Shown: piece after piece, positions 23,638 to 32,000 of the stretch | Position numbering within the stretch: position 1 is the first letter of the stretch | How the letters are laid out: each line of letters begins with the position of its first letter | NCBI GenBank assembly: GCA_046881885.1 | Contig: JBKSMP010000006.1 | Location: forward strand, 50,273-82,272 | DNA: 32,000 nucleotides | Direction: 5' to 3' | Source: Opitutales bacterium | Lineage (GTDB): Bacteria > Verrucomicrobiota > Verrucomicrobiia > Opitutales > UBA9783 | Notes under the pieces: generated by a model | Told to the model about the DNA's origin: nothing | The model's database searches: none | The model's input: only the letters and a program-made list of their open reading frames with translations | Made by a program: the position numbers and the translations under genes

Positions 23638-25143
23638 ATGGAATCTCAATTGTGCATGAAGGATTTGGTTGCGTTTTGTAAGCGCAAGGGCTTTATATTT
23701 CTCTCGTCTGATATTTATGGTGGTCTCAATGGTTTTTTTGATTATGGACCGTTGGGCGTTGAATTAAAGCGAAACATCAAAGCGCTTTGGTGGAAAAACA
23801 TGGTCCATGATCGCGAAGATGTGGTTGGTTTGGACAGTTCGATTATTTTGCATCCAAACGTCTGGAAGGCTTCTGGTCACGTCGATGGATTTTCAGACCC
23901 TATGGTAGATTGCAAGGTCACTAAAAATCGTTACAGAGCGGATAATTTGCTTTTTAGTCCTGTCTCAATTAAAGGAGAGGTCATTGGTTATGTTTGTGTT
24001 ATTGATAGTGAAGATCGTGATGCAGACCTTGCCAAGAAAGTCAAAGCACTTCTAAAAGCCTGTCAAAAAGCAAACGAGACAATCGATCCTTTAAATTTAA
24101 AGCCATTAACGGAGGCTTTGCCGGAAGAATATGATAAAATTCCTTCGCCTGCAACCGATCAACCTGGAGATTTAACACCGCCGAGAGACTTCAATCTGAT
24201 GTTCCAAACTCAAGTTGGAGCGGTTGCTGCAGAATCTAATGTTGCGTATTTGCGTCCAGAAACAGCTCAGGGAATTTTTATCCATTTTAAAAATGTTGTA
24301 GATTCCACACGCGTTAAATTGCCGTTTGGTATTGCTCAAATCGGTAAAGCGTTTCGTAACGAAATTACACCAAGAAACTTCATCTTCCGTTCGCGCGAGT
24401 TTGAGCAAATGGAAATTGAGTATTTCTTGCCTGCAGATGATAGCCTCTGGCCAGAACTCCATCAAAAATGGATTGAAGCCCGTTATCAATGGCATTGTTC
24501 GATTGGAATTAAGAAGGAATGGCTTAGCTTGGATGTGCATGCTACGGAGGATTTGGCCCATTACGCAAAAGCGTGTACGGACATTATGTTTAAGTATCCT
24601 TTTGGCGTACAAGAGCTTGAAGGTATTGCAGTGCGTGGTAATTTCGATCTTACACAACATCAAACTGCAAGTGGTAAACCGCTCGAATTCTTTGATGAAG
24701 CGCGACAAGAAAAGTATCTTCCTTACGTTATAGAACCGTCTGTTGGTGTTGATCGTACGCTATTGGCCCTTCTTGTTTCGGCCTACGATGAAGACGAAAT
24801 TAATGGAGAAAAGAGAACTGTTCTACGTTTTAAGCCAGAAGTTGCGCCTATAAAAATCGCTGTTTTCCCTTTGGTCAAAAACAAGCCTGAAATCGTTGCA
24901 AAAGCACGCGAATTATTTGCAAAACTTCAAAAACGCTGGTACACAACTTACGACGAAGCAGGCGCTATTGGACGCCGATATCGTCGTATGGATGAAATTG
25001 GAACCCCTTGGTGTATTACAGTTGACTTTGATTCTTTGGAAAATGGTACCTATACCTTGCGGGATCGTGATACGACGCAACAGCAGCGCTTGAGCGAATC
25101 TGAACTTCTGCAATTCTTTGAACAAAACCTTTCTCGAATCTAG
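23638..25143 (+). CDS. glyQS: Glycine--tRNA ligase, single-chain (alpha2 dimer) type
   Basis: KRKGFIFLSSDIYGGLNGFFDYGPLGVELKRNIKALWW, FRNEITPRNFIFRSREFEQMEIEYF (class II motif 2) and YVIEPSVGVDRTLLA (motif 3) are present, plus a C-terminal anticodon-binding domain. Confidence 0.9.
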   Translation: MESQLCMKDLVAFCKRKGFIFLSSDIYGGLNGFFDYGPLGVELKRNIKALWWKNMVHDREDVVGLDSSIILHPNVWKASGHVDGFSDPMVDCKVTKNRYRADNLLFSPVSIKGEVIGYVCVIDSEDRDADLAKKVKALLKACQKANETIDPLNLKPLTEALPEEYDKIPSPATDQPGDLTPPRDFNLMFQTQVGAVAAESNVAYLRPETAQGIFIHFKNVVDSTRVKLPFGIAQIGKAFRNEITPRNFIFRSREFEQMEIEYFLPADDSLWPELHQKWIEARYQWHCSIGIKKEWLSLDVHATEDLAHYAKACTDIMFKYPFGVQELEGIAVRGNFDLTQHQTASGKPLEFFDEARQEKYLPYVIEPSVGVDRTLLALLVSAYDEDEINGEKRTVLRFKPEVAPIKIAVFPLVKNKPEIVAKARELFAKLQKRWYTTYDEAGAIGRRYRRMDEIGTPWCITVDFDSLENGTYTLRDRDTTQQQRLSESELLQFFEQNLSRI

Positions 25144-25146
25144 AAA

Positions 25147-26289
25147 ATGCGACATATTCCTTATTCTCGACAAACGATTGACGATTCCGATATCCGTGCA
25201 GTTACAGAAACCTTGACGAATGATTTCCTTACACAAGGTCCACAAATTACAGCATTTGAAGAGGCGCTTAAGCGGTATTTGAACGTAAAAGATGCAATCT
25301 TAGTTTCCAATGGAACGGCTGCTTTACACCTAAGCTATCTGGCTTTGGATCTTCAAGGTGCAACAGTGTTTACAACGCCAATTACCTTTGCTGCGACGGC
25401 TAATATGCTGCAAGTTATTGGCGCAAACATTCGATTTGTTGATGTCGATCCACTTACGGGTATTATGTCTGTTGAAGCTTTAGAAAAAGCACTTCAGCAA
25501 GATACGAGTTCTTCTCAAAAAGCAATTGTTCCTGTATCTCTACAAGGAATCCCAGCAGATCTGCCAGCCATACAGGCTTTGGCTAAAACGTATGGAGCTT
25601 TTGTAGTAGAAGATGCCGCACATAGCTTGGGTGGTGACTATTGTTATGGGAATAAGACCTATAAAAGTGCTTCTTGTGCGCATACGGACCTTGCAACTCT
25701 TAGCTTTCATCCGCTTAAAACGATTTGTTGTGCAGAAGGTGGCGCCATTACAACGAATAATTTAGAATTAGCTGAAAAGATTCGTTTATTACGTAATCAC
25801 GGTCTAAAAGCAGTCCCCAATTCTTATTTAAGAAAACAGTGCTATTGGGGTTACAATTATCGTATGACGGATTTACAAGCTGCTTTGGGGGTTTCTCAGC
25901 TTAAGCGTATTTCTTACTTTTTAGGGAAACGGCGTTCTTTAGCGCATCGTTATGCGGAAATTTTATCTAAACCATCGTATACAGATCATATTACGATTAC
26001 GCCTTTATATGACGCAAGTGCTTATCATTTGTTTGTTATTCACTTCAAAAATGCAGCTAAGCGTGATTTTGCTTATCATTTCTTAAAGAATCATGGTATT
26101 GAAACTCAAGTACACTATGTGCCGCTTTACAAGTTTGAATTGTATCGTGAGTTGCTTGGCGATGTATCATTACCAGGTGCTGAAGCTTACTATCAAGGGT
26201 GCTTAAGTATTCCCATTTATCCACATTTAACGCAAGATGACCAGGATTACGTTCTGGACATTTTGGCTCAATGCTGTCAACAATTATAA
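25147..26289 (+). CDS. DegT/DnrJ/EryC1/StrS-family PLP-dependent sugar aminotransferase (PseC-like)
   Basis: IPYSRQTIDDSDIRAVTETLTNDFLTQGPQITAFEEAL and SFHPLKTICCAEGGAI (PLP-lysine context) are typical of the family. The N-terminus resembles PseC-type enzymes as I recall them. Confidence 0.8.
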   Translation: MRHIPYSRQTIDDSDIRAVTETLTNDFLTQGPQITAFEEALKRYLNVKDAILVSNGTAALHLSYLALDLQGATVFTTPITFAATANMLQVIGANIRFVDVDPLTGIMSVEALEKALQQDTSSSQKAIVPVSLQGIPADLPAIQALAKTYGAFVVEDAAHSLGGDYCYGNKTYKSASCAHTDLATLSFHPLKTICCAEGGAITTNNLELAEKIRLLRNHGLKAVPNSYLRKQCYWGYNYRMTDLQAALGVSQLKRISYFLGKRRSLAHRYAEILSKPSYTDHITITPLYDASAYHLFVIHFKNAAKRDFAYHFLKNHGIETQVHYVPLYKFELYRELLGDVSLPGAEAYYQGCLSIPIYPHLTQDDQDYVLDILAQCCQQL

Positions 26290-26292
26290 ATC

Positions 26293-27609
26293 ATGTCAAA
26301 CGTTAGAGTAAGATTTGCCCCGAGTCCAACCGGTTATTTTCATATTGGTGGTGCACGAACAGCGCTATTCAACTGGTTATACGCCAAACACACACAAGGT
26401 ACCTTTGTGTTGCGTATAGAAGATTCAGATACAGAAAGAAATACAAAGGAATCGCTTAATTCCTTGTTGGAAAATTTGCGTTGGCTTGGTTTTAACTGGG
26501 ATGAGGGACCTGAAGTTGGAGGAGCTTATGGACCCTATTTTCAAAGCGAGCGTAATGAAATTTATAAGCATTATCTTCAAATATTACGTGATAAAGGTCT
26601 TGCTTACGAAAAAGAAGGTGCTATTTGGCTGAAAATCTCCGGAGAAACGCAAATCATTGACGACGTTATTCATGGGCCTGTACACCGCAAAGAAGAAAAA
26701 GATTTCGTTATTTATCGGTCGAATGGGACTCCTGTTTTCCATTTTGTTAATGTTGTGGATGATATTGCCATGAAGATTACGCATGTCATTCGCGGCGAGG
26801 ACCATTTGTCAAATACCAGCAAACATATGGAACTCTATCAAGCTTTTGGCGCAGAAGCTCCTAAGTTTGCCCACATACCACTTATTTTAAAAACGGATGG
26901 ACCCGGTAAAATGAGTAAACGTGATCGTGGTTCTTTGGTTGAAGAATATCGCGATAAATATTTCCTTCCTGAAGCCGTTATTAATTATTTATCCTTACTC
27001 GGATGGTCCCCTAAAAATGATCAAGAATTGCTTTCGGTAGAAGAAATTATTGCAGCTTTTGATCTTCCGGGAATTAATAAAACACATGCTCGTTTTGATG
27101 AAAAAAAGATGAGCTTTATTAATACGGAACATTTGCGAAACTTATCCAAAGAAGCTTTTTTTGAAAAATCCATAATTGTTCTGGGAAAGAGTGGTTGTGG
27201 ACATTGCTTGCAAGATAAAGGATTTTTACAAAAAGTTTTAGAGATTTCTCAAGAAAAATTGCGTTCTTTTGAGGAATTACCAAACTTTATCGCTTATTTT
27301 TTTGATGCTGATTACGCTTTTGATCCAGATGTTTTAAAAAAGATCCAAAAGCATAATCCTAAAGAGCGATTGGAAGAATTGCAGGTGTTGCTTTCGAATA
27401 CAAGTTTAGAGTTCAATTGCGAGTCCATCGAAACGGCCCTCAAAGCCTTAAGTGCGGAAAAAGAACTTTCTACAGGTGCCTATATTCATACACTACGCTT
27501 TGCAGTATCTGGAAGAGGTGTTGGTCCTAGTCTTTATCATATGTTGGTGGTTTTAGGTCGAGAAGAAGTCTTAAAACGCATTCAACGTTGTTTAATGACT
27601 TTATCTTAA
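26293..27609 (+). CDS. gltX: Glutamate--tRNA ligase (short, 438 aa)
   Basis: RVRFAPSPTGYFHIGGARTALFNWLYAK (HIGH region), VIRGEDHLSNT and KMSKRD (KMSKS) are present. Confidence 0.9.
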   Translation: MSNVRVRFAPSPTGYFHIGGARTALFNWLYAKHTQGTFVLRIEDSDTERNTKESLNSLLENLRWLGFNWDEGPEVGGAYGPYFQSERNEIYKHYLQILRDKGLAYEKEGAIWLKISGETQIIDDVIHGPVHRKEEKDFVIYRSNGTPVFHFVNVVDDIAMKITHVIRGEDHLSNTSKHMELYQAFGAEAPKFAHIPLILKTDGPGKMSKRDRGSLVEEYRDKYFLPEAVINYLSLLGWSPKNDQELLSVEEIIAAFDLPGINKTHARFDEKKMSFINTEHLRNLSKEAFFEKSIIVLGKSGCGHCLQDKGFLQKVLEISQEKLRSFEELPNFIAYFFDADYAFDPDVLKKIQKHNPKERLEELQVLLSNTSLEFNCESIETALKALSAEKELSTGAYIHTLRFAVSGRGVGPSLYHMLVVLGREEVLKRIQRCLMTLS

Positions 27610-28199
27610 TGCGTATTACTGGTGGAGCAGCTCGTGGAATTCAGCTGGACGTTCCCCAACAAGATGTTCGTCCAGCAACGGATTACATGCGTGAATCTGT
27701 TTTTAATCGGCTTGGTGGTGCTATCGTCGATAAAGTTGTATTGGATTGTTTTGCAGGCACGGGTGCTTATGGTTTAGAAGCTTTAAGTCGAGGCGCTCAA
27801 ACCTGTTATTTTTTAGAAAAAAACCCTAAAGTTATTGCAAATCTGAAAAAGAATTGTGAACGTGTTTTAAAAAGCGCTCAACGAGATATCCTTACTGCAA
27901 AAATTATTTCTACAGATTTGTTTTGTTTTTCTCCCTCAAAAATAGGTTCTGTTGATTACGTCTTTTTTGATCCACCCTATCCTTATTGGACGGAAAAATT
28001 GTTAGAGGTACTTTCGGTTTTGGAAATGATAGCGCGTACCTATCCTCAATCCCTTTTTATAATAGAACATCCTGCGCAGCTAAAATGGCCATCAGAGCAC
28101 CCGTTGAGCCCTATAGATCCCCTCAAACCTTCTAAAAAGAAAAACACTCCCTCAGTCCATTTTTTCAAGACCGATAAAGAGCGTCTTTTGCATCCATAG
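27609..28199 (+). CDS. rsmD: 16S rRNA (guanine-N2)-methyltransferase RsmD-like
   Basis: The ATG at 27609 overlaps the gltX stop (TAATG). MRITGGAARGIQLDVP..RPATDYMRESVFNRLG, LDCFAGTGAYGLEALSRGA and FFDPPY are RsmD signatures. The track's TTG at 27588 is unlikely. Confidence 0.8.
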   Translation: MRITGGAARGIQLDVPQQDVRPATDYMRESVFNRLGGAIVDKVVLDCFAGTGAYGLEALSRGAQTCYFLEKNPKVIANLKKNCERVLKSAQRDILTAKIISTDLFCFSPSKIGSVDYVFFDPPYPYWTEKLLEVLSVLEMIARTYPQSLFIIEHPAQLKWPSEHPLSPIDPLKPSKKKNTPSVHFFKTDKERLLHP

Positions 28200-28202
28200 T
28201 TA

Positions 28203-29330
28203 TTATAGCTTCTTATGCCAATAAAGTGTTTTAGCATTGGCATAGCAAGTGGGGCCATAAGTTGGTTCCTGGTTAAAAAAGGCAAAAGCCTTTATGTCTT
28301 GATAGACGGATTCTGAAGCGTTTTTGCATTTGTAAAGTTCAAATCCTTTGCTTTTTGGACAACATTCAGTTAGCATCATATTTAAGAAGGGTGGAAAATA
28401 ATCCACAAAGAGATTGGGATAAATAATTCGGCCACCTCTTTTTAGCATAGCTCCTAAAGCAATCCAAACATCAGAAGTAATGTATTCTACAGTTTGTCCC
28501 CCAATAATAATTGAGTCAAAAAAGTTGTAAAGTTGCGGATTGGCTTCTAAAAATTTATTAATTTTGCAAAAACAGAATTTGATGGCATTATGGTCATCAT
28601 CCGGTCGTTTGCCCCATAAACTCCAAAATAAGCTTCGCGTATAGCCAGGTGTATCATAAAAAATCTCAGAACCCTCTGTTTCTTCTCCTTGATCAAATCC
28701 TATAAACAAAATAGCCTTATCATTGGGATTACCTGTTACTATTCGATCTACTATCGCTAGATCTAATTCAGAAAAATCACAAGGTTCATTTTGATCTTTA
28801 CAGCGTAAAGAACGTGTGAAAAAGTTTCCTATTTTGTCCTCAAAAATTTCTTTGCTTGATTTATGACAAAGATCGTTTTCAATTTCCTCATCTACCGGGA
28901 AAAGCACATCTGGAAAAGGTTCTCCTCTTAAAAGGTTGTTTTGATTTGCGTAACTTAAAATAAACATGCCCGTATTTTTATCTCTGCAACCTTTTGCATC
29001 ATCAATTAAAATTGAATATTGTATAGCTAAATCGGATATTGCGGGTTGAAAGTAAGATTTTGTTTTTTTGAAAAATTCTGTAGCAAATTGGCTTAAATTC
29101 TCATAAATAGGTTTACCTTTCTCCGATAATACGTAAGCATTTTTTTGATTATCATAGGTAAACATTTCGTTAACAAGCCATTTTTGGTAAACGTACCGCA
29201 TTTGTTTTTCCGATGGAAACGCGTCACAAATAAAATTACGTTCCTTGCCTATTGCCCCTAAGTATATGCTTAATCCTGCATATAACGACACAAAATAAGT
29301 TTTTTTATTCATGCCATAACTGTATAGCAT
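28203..29330 (-). CDS. Hypothetical protein from an AT-rich orphan gene; N-terminal hydrophobic segment and a weak SAM-methyltransferase-like C-terminal motif
   Basis: The ATG at 29330 is preceded by AAGGA 6-7 nt upstream. The 375-aa ORF is unbroken. FDSIIIGGQTVEYITSDVWIALGAMLKRGGRIIYP resembles the post-II/III region of class I methyltransferases, but no clear GxGxG motif was seen. Confidence 0.5.
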   Translation of the reverse strand: MLYSYGMNKKTYFVSLYAGLSIYLGAIGKERNFICDAFPSEKQMRYVYQKWLVNEMFTYDNQKNAYVLSEKGKPIYENLSQFATEFFKKTKSYFQPAISDLAIQYSILIDDAKGCRDKNTGMFILSYANQNNLLRGEPFPDVLFPVDEEIENDLCHKSSKEIFEDKIGNFFTRSLRCKDQNEPCDFSELDLAIVDRIVTGNPNDKAILFIGFDQGEETEGSEIFYDTPGYTRSLFWSLWGKRPDDDHNAIKFCFCKINKFLEANPQLYNFFDSIIIGGQTVEYITSDVWIALGAMLKRGGRIIYPNLFVDYFPPFLNMMLTECCPKSKGFELYKCKNASESVYQDIKAFAFFNQEPTYGPTCYANAKTLYWHKKL

Positions 29331-29491
29331 ATTTTATTCCTTATAATTAAAAAAAAATTAAAACAAATTGTATGAAAAAATAATTTTTGCCTTTAAAAAT
29401 CACTGAATTTTAAAATTTAATCGTTCTCATAAGCAATGTGATTAAATTTTGATTGTTTATGTATTTATGACAAGCAATTGTAAGACCTTTT

Positions 29492-30826
29492 TTATTCCAA
29501 CCCTTTATCAAAAAGTGGCAACATTTTGCCGTTGCGGAATAAAGAGACTTGATTGGTACTAGAGGAGATCGTAATGGCAATACAATCTACGGCTTTAGAA
29601 ATAGCTACAGCTGCAGCGTGTCTTGTTCCTAAGCCTCCCGGCAAGGAAACTTGATCCGATGCATGAATAAGTGTTCCGGCGCTTTCAACTACGCCATCAC
29701 CGCTAATGACAAACGCACCATCTAAGAGGGAATATTCCTTTATGGTTTCATCGATAAAAGGATTGAGCAAATTACGATCTTCGGAACTATATCCATAAAA
29801 CGGATTTAAGATTAATGGGTGCATATAAGGCTCTAATGCTTTCACATCGCCCAATACGAAAAGACATCCAACCGATTTGCCTTCGCGACCTTCTACAGCC
29901 AATTGGGTTGCGATGGTTAGTAGGCGTTCAAAAACTTCTGGTAAGACGCTTGGAGGTAAGATATCTGTTTGTTGCGAAAATACAGATTGGATTTCTCGAT
30001 TTGCTTCTGTAATAACAACAGTATCAATACGATTGCTATGCGGCAATCCTCCAATACAGCAAATCTTTTCGTTATATTTGATACACTTATGAATAAGGGC
30101 TAGCAAAATGGCACTACGTAATTGTGCCAAACGACCATTTGCAAAAAGCTGTATCGGTAAGGTATACGTGTTTCCTTTTTGAGAAATTTCGGGTGCACGT
30201 TGTGAAATGATAATAGTTTTTAGATCTGTATCTAAGGTATTAATTTCTTGAGTTTGATTTAAAAAAGTATCTTGGAATAAAAAAACAGAAGAGCAATTGC
30301 CTGCTTTGGCTATTTTTATCGATTCACGTAACATTAAACGATTAAAAGAGTTGGTACGTGTTGCTTGTTTCGTAGGAATTGTTTTAAAGGCTTGCAGAAC
30401 TTTTGCACGAAATTCTTCTAAGGGTAATTGTGTTAAATCGTTACTTAATTTAATTGTTTGAAAGATTTTTGCTAAAGAGCTTAGCATGGTTACACAATTA
30501 TCAACTTTTTCAGAGACTAGCAGCAAGATAATCAAACGTATTTTGTCGCTATCGTGTACAGAAGCATCTTGAAGCGGTTTGCGAATGCGGCCTAATGCAA
30601 ATAGATAGGACTTTCGCATGCGAACTTTGATGTGCGGTAAGCAAATTCCTTGCCCTAAATAGCTCGAAACGGTACCTTCGCGAGTGATTAAGTCATCTAA
30701 AAGTTCTGAACGTTTTTGTATTTTGTTTAATGGACAACACTCGAGCAATTCTTCCAAAGCGCCGCGAAACGTTGTACTTTTCACGTCTACGATGAAACTA
30801 TTCTCGATATAATGCCCCATTTGCAT
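29492..30826 (-). CDS. PTS EIIA (type 2, Ntr-like) domain fused through a central domain to a diadenylate cyclase (DAC/DisA_N) domain
   Basis: N-terminus: REGTVSSYLGQGICLPHIKV is the EIIA-2 phosphohistidine context. C-terminus: GKSVGCLFVLGD, LLDGAFVISGDG (DGA motif) and LGTRHAAAVAISKAVDCIAITISSSTNQVSLFRNG (DAC core with RHA in place of RHR). Confidence 0.8.
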   Translation of the reverse strand: MQMGHYIENSFIVDVKSTTFRGALEELLECCPLNKIQKRSELLDDLITREGTVSSYLGQGICLPHIKVRMRKSYLFALGRIRKPLQDASVHDSDKIRLIILLLVSEKVDNCVTMLSSLAKIFQTIKLSNDLTQLPLEEFRAKVLQAFKTIPTKQATRTNSFNRLMLRESIKIAKAGNCSSVFLFQDTFLNQTQEINTLDTDLKTIIISQRAPEISQKGNTYTLPIQLFANGRLAQLRSAILLALIHKCIKYNEKICCIGGLPHSNRIDTVVITEANREIQSVFSQQTDILPPSVLPEVFERLLTIATQLAVEGREGKSVGCLFVLGDVKALEPYMHPLILNPFYGYSSEDRNLLNPFIDETIKEYSLLDGAFVISGDGVVESAGTLIHASDQVSLPGGLGTRHAAAVAISKAVDCIAITISSSTNQVSLFRNGKMLPLFDKGLE

Positions 30827-30830
30827 AGCT

Positions 30831-31607
30831 TTAACGATTGTAAGAATTTTCCAAAAACTCAGGTGTTAAGATGCTTTGAAGGTATTGCGACGCTTCATCA
30901 ACATCATCAAACAATTTGAATAAATCTAAATCTTCCGGATTAATCAAGCCCCAATCTAATAATTGTTTAAAATTAATCAATGGTTTCCAAAAATCACTTC
31001 CAAAAAGAATAATGGGGAATTTTGCAACTTTTTTGGTTTGAATGAGGGTGAAAATTTCAAACAGTTCATCCAAAGTCCCAATACCGCCAGGAAATGCAAC
31101 AAATGCACGTGTTCTGAGTAATAACCAAAGTTTGCGCATAAAAAAGTAATGAAATTGCATACTCGCTTCAAGCGTACAATACTCATTTAGTCCTTGTTCA
31201 TGGGGCAAACTAATGGTCATTCCTAATGAAATTCCTCCTGCTTCTTTGGCTCCACGATTTCCAGCTTCCATAATACCAGGACCTCCGCCTGTAATTAAAT
31301 ACGGTCGTGTGTTTTCAGGAATTTTTAATGTCCATGTTGTAATTTTTTTAGCTAATTCTCGTGCTTTTTCATAATAAACAACTGCATTTTTAGCTTCCTT
31401 AGCGGATAAAAAATTCTTTCTACCAATTCCTTTTTCTAAATCTTCAGGTGATGCAATACGTGCAGAACCAAAAAAAACAATGGTGTGATGTATATTAAAT
31501 TGTTCCAAGCGTTGTGCAGGCCCCATGTATTCACTCAAAATTCTCAATGCTCTCGCACTTGGATGCTCCAAAAAACTTAAGTCATTATAAAATGTAGGCG
31601 TATTCAT
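30831..31607 (-). CDS. LOG-family (TIGR00730-type) nucleotide N-glycosidase-like protein
   Basis: TIVFFGSAR, ITGGGPGIMEAGNRGA and FPGGIGTLDELFE are LOG-family signatures. The gene lies 4 nt upstream of the EIIA-DAC gene on the same strand. Confidence 0.85.
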   Translation of the reverse strand: MNTPTFYNDLSFLEHPSARALRILSEYMGPAQRLEQFNIHHTIVFFGSARIASPEDLEKGIGRKNFLSAKEAKNAVVYYEKARELAKKITTWTLKIPENTRPYLITGGGPGIMEAGNRGAKEAGGISLGMTISLPHEQGLNEYCTLEASMQFHYFFMRKLWLLLRTRAFVAFPGGIGTLDELFEIFTLIQTKKVAKFPIILFGSDFWKPLINFKQLLDWGLINPEDLDLFKLFDDVDEASQYLQSILTPEFLENSYNR

Positions 31608-31610
31608 AGA

Positions 31611-31850
31611 TTAATTTCTTAACTTGTTAATTTTATCGCAAAATCCATCGTTTGACAAGCATTTTAAATAGGTTTCCTGCAAAAGTCGGAGATAAAAAAG
31701 TTTGCTATACTGTATGAATAATGACCAAAATGGTTGTTTAAAAAATTGATACTCCCCATGGATACTTAATTTACTAACGACTTTTGAAGAAAGTCTATTA
31801 AATCGTTTAAAAAAATTTAAGTTTTGAGGCTTTTTAATTTGTTTCTTCAA
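31611..31850 (-). CDS. Small basic hypothetical protein (doubtful)
   Basis: This 79-aa ORF is packed between the LOG gene (3-nt gap) and an upstream partial ORF (17-nt overlap). It has no motif support. Confidence 0.3.
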   Translation of the reverse strand: MKKQIKKPQNLNFFKRFNRLSSKVVSKLSIHGEYQFFKQPFWSLFIQYSKLFYLRLLQETYLKCLSNDGFCDKINKLRN

Positions 31851-32000
31851 TTGCTGGCGCTTCTATACTTTCAGACTGAATTTTCTTAATAATTTCTTTA
31901 ACCTTTTGTTTTAAAATTAGTACTTGATTCCATTCTTCATTGGAAAGTTCCTCGGGTTTATTTTTTATATTTACATATCCGGACAAGTGTATGACATTTT
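31834..32000 (-). CDS. 3' end of an unidentified gene continuing beyond the right edge
   Basis: The minus-strand frame is open from 32000 down to the TAA at 31834-31836. It encodes ...NVIHLSGYVNIKNKPEELSNEEWNQVLILKQKVKEIIKKIQSESIEAPAIEETN. It is absent from the ORF track because no start lies inside the window. Confidence 0.35.
   Translation of the reverse strand, partial: NVIHLSGYVNIKNKPEELSNEEWNQVLILKQKVKEIIKKIQSESIEAPAIEETN

Noticed and set aside
1977-31186. Many short ORFs in the track lie antisense to, or nested in, much longer well-supported genes. Examples: 1977-2243, 2999-3193, 5226-5465, 5346-5687, 5772-6062, 6258-6458, 8440-8889, 11408-11602, 11632-11904, 12133-12372, 12638-12832, 13298-13591, 14563-14772, 15699-15947, 16001-16231, 16482-16898, 17144-17434, 17262-17483, 18354-18557, 18772-18993, 19606-19821, 20046-20243, 20428-20820, 20639-20842, 21247-21459, 21396-21641, 22218-22604, 22848-23048, 24172-24708, 24326-24733, 24896-25093, 24913-25245, 26584-26805, 28046-28285, 29815-30012, 29877-30092 and 30977-31186.
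   Set aside because: Each overlaps a longer frame that carries clear family motifs or a signal peptide. Their translations are low-complexity or Cys/Phe/Leu-rich, as expected from reading AT-rich coding DNA in a wrong frame. None has an independent SD or motif.

Overview
This is an AT-rich bacterial window with two distinct parts. All calls rest on motif reading and remembered family signatures. No homology search, HMM or statistic was run.

Part A, about 1-16.7 kb, is an accessory, effector-rich mosaic. It contains:
- two large Sec-signal proteins ending in OTU cysteine-protease (deubiquitinase-like) domains, one fused to a ComEC-type metallo-beta-lactamase domain and one to a domain with an HxE/CPCC signature
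- at least six small or medium signal-peptide proteins of unknown function
- two HExxH zincin-like proteins
- two paralogous COG1373-type AAA+ ATPases
- an orphan serine recombinase
- a class II Fic protein fused to a MerR-type HTH
- an intact Phd/YefM-PIN toxin-antitoxin cassette bracketed by structured repeats
- a truncated second PIN gene

Part B, about 16.8-32 kb, is mostly compact core genome: argS, kdsD/kpsF, a SulP transporter, glyQS, a PseC-like aminotransferase, gltX and rsmD. Three less ordinary loci are embedded in it:
- a Yersinia-style split type III secretion gatekeeper operon (YopN/CopN-like, TyeA-like, SycN-like chaperone)
- an AT-rich orphan gene
- an operon encoding a LOG-family protein and a PTS-EIIA(Ntr-type)::diadenylate-cyclase fusion with an RHA variant of the RHR motif

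No rRNA, tRNA, CRISPR array or intact transposase was seen. T3SS genes scattered among housekeeping genes, the KDO-pathway gene, the OTU effectors and the composition suggest a Chlamydia-like or amoeba-associated intracellular bacterium. That is inference only.

The most system-like novelty candidate is the duplicated pairing of a small EYDYDE-tailed secreted protein with a modular X-OTU enzyme at 1-6579.
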